The position numbers were made by a program, and so were the translations under genes. Below are positions 1 to 6,943 of a stretch of 12,990 nucleotides of DNA, piece after piece. The stretch lies in contig LRSL01000094.1 of assembly GCA_001563335.1 (NCBI GenBank), forward strand, positions 1 to 12,990. The letters run 5' to 3'. This DNA is from Candidatus Thorarchaeota archaeon SMTZ1-45. Its GTDB lineage: Archaea; Asgardarchaeota; Thorarchaeia; Thorarchaeales; Thorarchaeaceae. The notes under the pieces were generated by a model. It saw nothing but the letters and a program-made list of their open reading frames with translations. It searched no databases and had not been told where the DNA came from. The number at the start of each line of letters is the position of its first letter. The stretch's first letter is position 1.

Positions 1-58
1 TACGAGCAAGAAGTGCAATCGAAACTCCAACCATCAGATGAGTGAACACATCAGGCAT
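1..58 (-). CDS. Membrane-bound metal-dependent hydrolase (YdjM-like), N-terminus only; runs off the window edge
   Basis: Not in the ORF track. Manual translation from ATG at 58 gives MPDVFTHLMVGVSIALLAR, matching the MPDxxTHxxxG start plus hydrophobic helix of YdjM-type hydrolases. The start overlaps the upstream stop (ATGCCTGA, 58..51). Confidence 0.7.
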   Translation of the reverse strand, partial: MPDVFTHLMVGVSIALLAR

Positions 59-539
59 CGCGTTTCCTCCTTTGCACGAATGCAAGATGTTTGGGGTCTA
101 TTGTGAAGATACTGAAGAACATAACACAAAATAAAACAATACCTGGAATCGAACGCATTATTGAACTGCTGTAGTCTAAGACATAGAACGCATTAACTGA
201 TACGGTTTGATTTCGAAATGTGCCCCGAAAGTAGATACTATCTCCCTCTGTAATGCCTACTGGCGTAATCACAGTTTCATGTATTTGCAGATCCACATTT
301 TCAGTGGTCGTCAGAATAAAATAGGGATCCGAGTATAGTATAGTTACAACTGTCGCCTTGGATGAAATCTTTTGTTCATAGAAGAGATTGGGATTCTCTC
401 TCACAATATCAAGATCTAGAAACATATATTCTGACTGAGAGATTGGAAATGGTAAGAGAATGCCTGTTGCAACAATCAATGCAAGAAATAAACCAAGAAC
501 ACCAAATCCCTTGAGGAGTTCAGGACGGATTCTTCGCAT
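51..539 (-). CDS. Hypothetical two-TM membrane protein with a probable extracytoplasmic OB-fold-like domain
   Basis: 162 aa. N-terminal TM (FGVLGLFLALIVATGILL) and C-terminal TM (IPGIVLFCVMFFSIF). The beta-rich middle contains EGDSIYFRG, resembling the GDxVxVxG pattern of OB folds. It starts 5 bp after the upstream stop. Confidence 0.7.
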   Translation of the reverse strand: MRRIRPELLKGFGVLGLFLALIVATGILLPFPISQSEYMFLDLDIVRENPNLFYEQKISSKATVVTILYSDPYFILTTTENVDLQIHETVITPVGITEGDSIYFRGTFRNQTVSVNAFYVLDYSSSIMRSIPGIVLFCVMFFSIFTIDPKHLAFVQRRKRDA

Positions 540-544
540 GATGC

Positions 545-1399
545 CTATCCTCTATGCAGAGCTGTTCTGGCTTGCTCAATCCCCTTGAGATCATTGATTG
601 GAATCCAAGCGTCAGAGGGAATATTGATCGCGTACATTCGAGCCTCGCTAGCTATTACTGGACACACTACTTGTTCAAATGAGGACTCAACCTCCAAGGA
701 AACTATTCTTCTAAAGTAATCATACACTTCTGGGTCAAGCAGGGTGATGCCAGTATGAGCAGGGATGGCTATAGGGGGGTATTTTGTGATATCGAGAACT
801 TTACCTTTCTTTATGATCATCCCAGAGTATTGGAACGGAGTTTCAGGAACCACAACAAATGTACCAATGCAACCGTTCTTTCGACCCTTGATATGACCTT
901 CCAGAAACACCTCTCCATACGGTCGCTTCACTCCCACAATGACATCATCAGGATTGTGAATTATTGACATCAGTGAGTCATCCAGTGTCCCGTTGTTCAA
1001 TGAATGAAGGATTGCCCCTGCATTACCCACCTTTCTCCCATCAGGGTCTCGAGAGTACTTGATCTCAACATCCCATCTGGACCCGTCACCAAGATGTTCC
1101 TCAACCTTTTCAGCGAGAAAACCAGTAAGCACAACGAATTTGTCAATCCCGCAATCTGCATAATCCTGAACTGCCTTCTCAATCATGCTCCTCTTGCCAT
1201 CAATGTTAATCATGACTTTGTTGATTGCTTCACTATGGGTTTCGGAACGAATACGAGTACCCTTCCCTCCAGCAGGCATCACTACAACGGTCTTGGCTTT
1301 CTGTTCCTCAATCTCATCCTTGCTCACAGTGGTGGTCGTGTCTTCAGTGTTGATCCTCTCGCGCAGTTCAGCCATGATTGATTCCAAGGTGTCGGACAT
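545..1399 (-). CDS. Sugar-phosphate nucleotidyltransferase family protein (NTP_transferase, GT-A fold), substrate unknown
   Basis: VVVMPAGGKGTR signature followed by a Lys (NKVM), then GIDKFVVLTG, HLGDGSRWDVEIKY and GNAGAI. There is no C-terminal left-handed beta-helix. Confidence 0.88.
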   Translation of the reverse strand: MSDTLESIMAELRERINTEDTTTTVSKDEIEEQKAKTVVVMPAGGKGTRIRSETHSEAINKVMINIDGKRSMIEKAVQDYADCGIDKFVVLTGFLAEKVEEHLGDGSRWDVEIKYSRDPDGRKVGNAGAILHSLNNGTLDDSLMSIIHNPDDVIVGVKRPYGEVFLEGHIKGRKNGCIGTFVVVPETPFQYSGMIIKKGKVLDITKYPPIAIPAHTGITLLDPEVYDYFRRIVSLEVESSFEQVVCPVIASEARMYAINIPSDAWIPINDLKGIEQARTALHRG

Positions 1400-1462
1400 T
1401 TGTATTCATTCTTGGAATGTCACGCCTCTTCAAAAGCATTGTCAGGACATAGAATTCATTCC

Positions 1463-2071
1463 TTAGAGCCCTGTGGCCAGTGATGCATCATCCTGTTCCA
1501 TCCTTGGATTTTCCCTTACGTCGCTCTTAATGTACGCAATAGCATAACCAATGACTAGAGATGTAATAGCCACCACCAACCATATGTTGTACGGATAGAC
1601 AAGACCCGTCAGGGAGTTTTCTACGGAAATGGAATACGTGTGGGGGTTAATCATAATGATTGACCAGTTGCCTGCTGATGGGATTGATATGTAGTTGTTG
1701 AAATAGCGTGTTTCCTCAGCAAGCAAAAAATCTGAGAATGCTTCCAAGGAAAATCCGTTCGTGAAATTTGCGATCAAGTTTTCAATCACAGCGCTGGGGC
1801 CAAAATAGACCGAGAATGTGTCGTTCTCAGTCACGCCCTTCCACCGAGGGCGCCGGAGGTCTAGAGAGTGACTATCGGGTAGAAACCAATGCTGGTACTC
1901 CTCGGGATTGACCACAATCGTTCCACCAAGGTTATAGTTATACTCGAAAAATTGTATGAAGCCATAGACCCCAAGTCCAATAATAATGAGAACACCAACG
2001 ACTACGATGTATCTTTTCCTCGACTTCGCTTTTGAACCAGATAACACTGGCTTTTCAGAGTTCCTTTGCAT
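1463..2071 (-). CDS. Hypothetical membrane protein (two TM helices flanking an extracellular beta-rich domain)
   Basis: 202 aa. Basic N-terminus, TM1 YIVVVGVLIIIGLGVYGFI, TM2 IWLVVAITSLVIGYAIAYI, and three N-x-S/T sequons (NDT, NFT, NWS) between them. Confidence 0.72.
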   Translation of the reverse strand: MQRNSEKPVLSGSKAKSRKRYIVVVGVLIIIGLGVYGFIQFFEYNYNLGGTIVVNPEEYQHWFLPDSHSLDLRRPRWKGVTENDTFSVYFGPSAVIENLIANFTNGFSLEAFSDFLLAEETRYFNNYISIPSAGNWSIIMINPHTYSISVENSLTGLVYPYNIWLVVAITSLVIGYAIAYIKSDVRENPRMEQDDASLATGL

Positions 2072-2200
2072 AACATCTCATTCATTATTTCACCAGTTGA
2101 TTAGTTTTCTCATCACATGGTTTCCAAGGTACAATCTGCCCCAAGACCATTTTCCTGCGTAGATATCCGAGTGATTGAGCAATCGAAGGGTTCTGGTACT

Positions 2201-2458
2201 CTAGTCAAAGCCTTGTGTCTTTTCCTCGTCATCCATCTCAGTAACCATCTGAGCCATCTCTTCAAAAAGAGCCAGTGTCTTCTTAGCCTCCTCTGGGTTC
2301 AATCTCTCGATGGCATAGCCTGTGTGAATGATGACATACTCCCCGACCTTGAGGTCTGGCAGGAGCGACACACAGACCCGCTTACTTGCACCCCCAAAGT
2401 CCACCTGAGCATAGTCACCATCAATGGATTGAACGAGGGCAGGAACAGCTAGACACAT
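2201..2458 (-). CDS. hypC: [NiFe]-hydrogenase maturation chaperone HypC/HybG/HupF
   Basis: Diagnostic MCLAVPA N-terminus (Cys2), VDFGG, and VGEYVIIHTGYAI (His45); 85 aa. Confidence 0.96.
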   Translation of the reverse strand: MCLAVPALVQSIDGDYAQVDFGGASKRVCVSLLPDLKVGEYVIIHTGYAIERLNPEEAKKTLALFEEMAQMVTEMDDEEKTQGFD

Positions 2459-2516
2459 GATGTTGCACAGACAGACCTTTGAACATCATCTTTAGAATCT
2501 TGTGAAGTGGTCAACC

Positions 2517-3620
2517 CTAACTCACTGGTCTCCAGTAGATTCCAAGTTCATCGGCGGTGTTGAAGGCCAGATCCATCTCTTGAGAGTTCACAGGACGGGC
2601 AATATCAGAGAAGCGCTCCTTCTCAGAACGCACACGGTGCTCGGGGCGATACTGTCCCATTATGTTCACCATGCAGTTGGGCATGTTCTCTGAAACCCAC
2701 TTGAGAATTGGGATAGTACAACATTCCAAATGGTTGGGCATGACAAGGTGGCGGATTATGACCTCCCCGGAATTGTAGGCAATCAAGTGGTTCCGTGAAA
2801 CCACATCAAAATACTCCTTGATGCCAGAGAGCCTCTCAGCACACTTGTTGTTTCCATACTTGAAATCAGGAAGCCAGACATCGATTACATCGAAGAGAAG
2901 TTGCATTGTTTCCTCAGAACAGTAAAGATTCGAGTTCCAGAGTTGCGTTACACTTGAGGTCTGATAGACTTGAGAAGCGAGGATAGTGTGAGTGTTTGGA
3001 ATGGGGTCTCCTCCAACATAGTTGATGTTTAGAGCACCTTCTCTGAATAGTGCCTCAGCAATTGTGGCCAACCCCTCCGGTGCTATTGCTCTTCCAGAGT
3101 TTGGATTTGTAGAGATGTCATTGTTCTGGCAAAAGACACAGCCAAAGCAACAAGATGAAAAGAAGATGGTGCCACTGGGAACAAGGGGAGCCTCTTCACC
3201 TGTATGGAGAAATGCTGAAGATACTCTAGAGGCAGACTCAAGTTTGCACCATCCCTTCTCACCACGAGTTCTGTCTGCACCGCATTTCCGTTCACAGAAA
3301 TGACAGTCAGCGAGTATCCTGTGTGCAAGCTCAATCTTCAGGTTCAGAAAGTTTCGCTCAGTAGACGATGTAGGACTAGGAGCTGCATCATTTGAATCAA
3401 CCTTCTTTACAAGCTCTGTGAACTTCTTAGAGTCCTCCTTATGCACTCTCCAGAGCTCCTCCGTTGAGGAGTCCAGAGGTGCATCACACACCTGGGTCTT
3501 TGTCAATAGATACTTTGCAGTTCGCTCTTGGTCGATAATCTTCCGATATCTATAGAGACGGCGAACTACCTCAGGGTCATTCCATGAGCGCTTTGCATCA
3601 GGTCGAATTAATCTCCACAT
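2517..3620 (-). CDS. Radical SAM protein, PflX/COG1313 family (archaeal long form)
   Basis: CxxxCxxC motif (CCFGCVFCQN) preceded by GEEAPLVPSGTIFF. Second Cys cluster CHFCERKC...GWC. Also NINYVGGDP, WNSN, PDFKYGNNKCA, IIRHLVMPNH and NIMGQYRP. Confidence 0.9.
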   Translation of the reverse strand: MWRLIRPDAKRSWNDPEVVRRLYRYRKIIDQERTAKYLLTKTQVCDAPLDSSTEELWRVHKEDSKKFTELVKKVDSNDAAPSPTSSTERNFLNLKIELAHRILADCHFCERKCGADRTRGEKGWCKLESASRVSSAFLHTGEEAPLVPSGTIFFSSCCFGCVFCQNNDISTNPNSGRAIAPEGLATIAEALFREGALNINYVGGDPIPNTHTILASQVYQTSSVTQLWNSNLYCSEETMQLLFDVIDVWLPDFKYGNNKCAERLSGIKEYFDVVSRNHLIAYNSGEVIIRHLVMPNHLECCTIPILKWVSENMPNCMVNIMGQYRPEHRVRSEKERFSDIARPVNSQEMDLAFNTADELGIYWRPVS

Positions 3621-3646
3621 ATCACTAACACAACAGCTAACTCAGG

Positions 3647-3652
3647 ATAAAA
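3647..3652 (-). promoter_or_regulatory. Putative archaeal TATA box (TTTTAT) for the radical SAM gene, probably a leaderless transcript
   Basis: TTTTAT lies 27-32 nt upstream of the ATG at 3620, and there is no Shine-Dalgarno motif in between. Confidence 0.5.
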
Positions 3653-3668
3653 GGGCTGTGAGAGAGCA

Positions 3669-4643
3669 TCATATCATTGATAATGTCGAACTTTCCAGAA
3701 GGTGAGCAATTGTGGCAGCCAGAACGATGACACGATGCTTGAGCCAGAAATGTGTGATGTTTTGGTCACTCTCTAAGAGTTTCTTGGATGCAAGGAGGCC
3801 AGACTGAGAAGGAGGAGCTGTGGAAAAAACGCATCGCTCAGATATTATGTCCTCATTGACAAACCAGTCCTTGTACTCTTTCGCATGGTTCGGATTTCTC
3901 TCAGGATGATTGAAGTCGTCAAGCCGAAACCAGTTCAGTGCAAAGACAGCATCAGCATCTTGCAGAGCTCCCTCGAACTTGTTTTCGTCCTCAAACAATA
4001 CATTAGAACACATCGACGTGTCCCGAGCGACCCTTCGTACTCTATTGAGGAACGAGAACTCAGGAGGAGAAATGAGCCGTACATTAGCACCAAAAGCTAG
4101 TGCTGCAATCAATAGACTGTGTGCTGGTGCAGGATTGACAAATGAGTTACCAAAAGCCCATGTCACCACAATTTGCTTTCCTGAAATACTTCCCAGATGA
4201 ACTTCAAGACCTAAGAGAACAGTCAATGCATCCTGCCAAGCATAGACATCATCATGGAGACTTACAAGTGGGACTCCGGATGCTTGAGCAAACTGATTCG
4301 TGAGAACCCTTCCTTCTCCAAAAGTATCACTACTAGAGAATGCTGTTAGCAGAAGGTCCACCGCCTTACTTGACATCCTCACGGAATCAAGCATCGCATC
4401 TGTTGACATAGTTGCGACATTTGGCCATCCCAAGTCGATAATCTTATGATCAAGACGAGCCGCAGCAATATCAGTGACCTGAGCTTCGAGTGGCGATGCT
4501 CCATGAAAGATACGACCGATGACTTTGACTTTTTTGAGAGTTTCATGAATCACTGAAAACCCAGACGCCTCTATACTCTTAGCTACCTGAATGATGCTTT
4601 GAAGCATTGGTCTGCTGGGAAGTACATCGTTTGTCGGAGTCAT
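3669..4643 (-). CDS. Aspartate/ornithine carbamoyltransferase-fold protein (YgeW/OTC-like) with degenerate catalytic motifs
   Basis: Family scaffold is recognisable along the full length (VPLVSLHDDVY, GKQIVVTWAF, FGANVRLISPPEF, ALQDADAVF..NW, YKDW, C-terminal HR helix), but STRT, HPxQ and HxLP are absent. ATG 4643 (324 aa) is preferred over GTG 4670, which abuts the TATA-like box. Confidence 0.8.
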   Translation of the reverse strand: MTPTNDVLPSRPMLQSIIQVAKSIEASGFSVIHETLKKVKVIGRIFHGASPLEAQVTDIAAARLDHKIIDLGWPNVATMSTDAMLDSVRMSSKAVDLLLTAFSSSDTFGEGRVLTNQFAQASGVPLVSLHDDVYAWQDALTVLLGLEVHLGSISGKQIVVTWAFGNSFVNPAPAHSLLIAALAFGANVRLISPPEFSFLNRVRRVARDTSMCSNVLFEDENKFEGALQDADAVFALNWFRLDDFNHPERNPNHAKEYKDWFVNEDIISERCVFSTAPPSQSGLLASKKLLESDQNITHFWLKHRVIVLAATIAHLLESSTLSMI

Positions 4644-4672
4644 CGCTATTCCACAGCGTATAACAGTCACTG

Positions 4673-4687
4673 ATAATATATTTCCTA
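4673..4687 (-). promoter_or_regulatory. Putative BRE + TATA box (TAGGAAA-TATATTAT) in the divergent transcarbamylase-like/purB spacer
   Basis: A purine-rich run is followed by TATATTAT 30-37 nt upstream of ATG 4643. The same AT tract reads TAATATAT on the plus strand upstream of purB. Confidence 0.5.
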
Positions 4688-4714
4688 CAGCACCATTTCT
4701 GGGTAAATCATATC

Positions 4715-4750
4715 AGGAGAGTTGAATTCAGACAAATAGGAGTGTTGAAT
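4715..4750 (+). repeat. Imperfect 13-bp direct repeat AGGAG(A/T)GTTGAAT, period 23 bp
   Basis: AGGAGAGTTGAAT at 4715-4727 and AGGAGTGTTGAAT at 4738-4750 (12/13 identical), immediately upstream of the purB ATG. Confidence 0.7.
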
Positions 4751-4753
4751 ATC

Positions 4754-6112
4754 ATGCCAGTAAGTCCAATCGATTTTGGAAGATATGGCCATCCAGAGAT
4801 GATCTCAATCTTTGAGGAGGAGTACAGACACTCACTCTGGCTGAAGGTCGAAGTCGCAGTCGCTGAGGCTCAGGCAGAGCTTGGTTTGATACCAAAAGAG
4901 GCTGCCAAAGATATCCAGAGTACTGCCAAACCAAACATTGTCACATTGGACCGAACAATGGAGATAGAAAGGAAAACCAAACATGATGTTGTTGCACTTG
5001 TCGAGGCAATCGCTGAGCTGTGCAAGGGCCCTGGTGCAAGGTGGGTCCACTTTGGTCTGACGAGTAATGACATCAAGGACACGACTCTTGGACTCCAATT
5101 GAAAAGGGCATTTGAGATTCTCATGCCTCAACTCGATACTCTCTGTGAAACTCTCAGTAAGAGGGCAAAGGAAACTGAGAATCTCCTGGCAGTAGGTCGG
5201 TCGCATGGTCAGCATGCAGTACCCATAACCTATGGTCTTAGGTTCGCAGTGTGGTTGGATGAGATAAGACGTCATAAAGTGAGATTGCAGGCGGTAAGGA
5301 CTCGTTCAGTTGTTGGAAAAATCGCGGGAGCCACAGGCAGTCATGCGGCGTTTGGAGTAAAAGGGATTGAACTACAAAAGCATGTATTAAACAGCCTAGG
5401 ATTAGGGGTCCCGGTAGCCACAACACAAATAATTCAGCGGGATCGCTTGGCAGAAACCATCACATCTCTGGCTAACCTCGCATCCAGCATTGACAAGATC
5501 TCGACAGACCTAAGGAATCTCCAACGCACAGAGATTGGAGAAACCTACGAACCATTCGCAAAGGAAAAACAGGTAGGATCATCTGCAATGCCCCATAAAC
5601 GGAATCCAGTGACCTGCGAGAAGATCTCTGGAATCGCAAGGATTGTCAGGTCGCTCGTACCTCCAACCCTCGAGAATATTGTCAGCTGGGAGGAGCGTGA
5701 CATATCACACTCTTCAACTGAGAGGTTTGTAGTTCCACAGACCTTCATCCTGACGGATTACATTGTGAGAGAGATTACGCGAATCTTAGATGGACTGACC
5801 ATTGATGAGCATGCAGTGAGAAGAAACCTCAATCTTACCAAAGACGCTATCCTGAGCGAGCTTATTGTGAGTACTCTCATACAAGCAGGATTTGAACGCC
5901 CTAAAGCTCATGAAAAACTCAGGGCTCACAGTCAAGCAGCTTTACAGAGTGGGAAGGGGCTCATTGATGTTGTGAGAAGTGATCTAGACCTTAGAGACCT
6001 TCTGAAGGAAGGTGCGTTCGATGTTGAGAGGTATTACGAGAGCATAAGAGATGTTTCAAGAAAAATTGTTGATGAAGCTGTTTCTGAGTATAAGAAGACA
6101 TTTCCTAAGTAG
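4754..6112 (+). CDS. purB: Adenylosuccinate lyase
   Basis: Fumarate-lyase signature GSSAMPHKRNPVTCE, plus HDV, VHFGLTSND, GRSHGQHA, TQIIQRD and ERDISHSS. ATG 4754 (MPVSPID) is preferred over GTG 4742 because AGGAG lies at 4738-4742. Confidence 0.95.
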   Translation: MPVSPIDFGRYGHPEMISIFEEEYRHSLWLKVEVAVAEAQAELGLIPKEAAKDIQSTAKPNIVTLDRTMEIERKTKHDVVALVEAIAELCKGPGARWVHFGLTSNDIKDTTLGLQLKRAFEILMPQLDTLCETLSKRAKETENLLAVGRSHGQHAVPITYGLRFAVWLDEIRRHKVRLQAVRTRSVVGKIAGATGSHAAFGVKGIELQKHVLNSLGLGVPVATTQIIQRDRLAETITSLANLASSIDKISTDLRNLQRTEIGETYEPFAKEKQVGSSAMPHKRNPVTCEKISGIARIVRSLVPPTLENIVSWEERDISHSSTERFVVPQTFILTDYIVREITRILDGLTIDEHAVRRNLNLTKDAILSELIVSTLIQAGFERPKAHEKLRAHSQAALQSGKGLIDVVRSDLDLRDLLKEGAFDVERYYESIRDVSRKIVDEAVSEYKKTFPK

Positions 6113-6158
6113 ACAAGATGATATGAACGAATGATACAATGAGGAGTAGTGAATCACT

Positions 6159-6926
6159 GTGAAGAAACTTTTAGTCACATTGACTCCATCGGAGAGCAAG
6201 AGATTGATTGCAAAGGGGTTACTTGCCCTTGATCTCGTTCAGGAAGCCCTAGAGATTGGCTACCTCTGCATAACTTTGGGAACAACGTCAGGATATCTCG
6301 TTGAAGAGATTCTTGGCGAGTACGATAAGACTCGCCACATAGCTGGGATTATTGTTCCAAAAGGACTCTCAGTCACTGATAGAGAGACCAGAGCATTTGA
6401 TGCCATATTCCATAGGGGAGAATATCTTGAGAACAAGAAGGTTATCGATGTTTTGGACAAGATGGGACCTGATGATGTCATCATAAAGAGTGCAAATGCC
6501 CTTGATGAGAACTATTTGCCTATAGTTCTACTTGCTAGTGACACCGGTGGCACTGTTGGATCGTTCATTGGCACTGCAGCTGCAAAGAACATCAAGGTGA
6601 TTGTACCAGTGGGACTTGAGAAGTCAATACCAGTGGCTTATGAGGAGTTTTGTGGACAGTTTGGAATGGATGATTGGGATTACGCCATTGGAACACCAGT
6701 GGGAGCGATTGCTCTCACCGAGGGTATTGTCTTTTCTGAGATTGAAGCAATAGAGGTGCTCTTTGATGCTGGGGCCATACCTATTTCTGCGGGTGGAGTC
6801 AATGGCGCAGAAGGTTCAATAAGCCTATTCATTGAAGGTGATGATGACGAGATTGCACAGGCTTACGAGTTCTTCAAAGACCTCAAAGGAGAGCCACCAT
6901 TCCCAAAGGTTGATCGAGTCAAATAA
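6159..6926 (+). CDS. Conserved-looking hypothetical soluble alpha/beta protein
   Basis: 255 aa, GTG start with GAGGAG at 6141-6146. Gly-rich motif-like blocks LTPSESKRLIAKG, GTT, KSANALD, GGTVG, PVGLEK and AGGVNGAEGS. Confidence 0.8.
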   Translation: MKKLLVTLTPSESKRLIAKGLLALDLVQEALEIGYLCITLGTTSGYLVEEILGEYDKTRHIAGIIVPKGLSVTDRETRAFDAIFHRGEYLENKKVIDVLDKMGPDDVIIKSANALDENYLPIVLLASDTGGTVGSFIGTAAAKNIKVIVPVGLEKSIPVAYEEFCGQFGMDDWDYAIGTPVGAIALTEGIVFSEIEAIEVLFDAGAIPISAGGVNGAEGSISLFIEGDDDEIAQAYEFFKDLKGEPPFPKVDRVK

Positions 6927-6943
6927 TAAGAGAGAACCTGACC

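Noticed and set aside
2173-2184. Inverted repeat GATTG-AG-CAATC downstream of hypC (similarly AGTGA-A-TCACT at 6148-6158)
   Set aside because: The arms are too short and there is no U-tract, so neither can be supported as a terminator or operator.
3621-3671. The transcarbamylase-like ORF and the radical SAM ORF are in the same frame, separated only by two TGA codons in 51 bp (possible selenocysteine or readthrough fusion)
   Set aside because: Same frame occurs one time in three by chance. The spacer holds a well-placed TATA box, both proteins look complete on their own, and the TGAs are not at conserved Cys positions.
3669-4643. Calling the transcarbamylase-like gene argF/pyrB or a pseudogene
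   Set aside because: The catalytic motifs needed for argF/pyrB are missing, but there is no frameshift, internal stop or truncation to justify a pseudogene call.
4644-4670. GTG start at 4670 given by the ORF track
   Set aside because: It sits 2 nt from the TATA-like box and has no SD. ATG 4643 fits the promoter spacing better.
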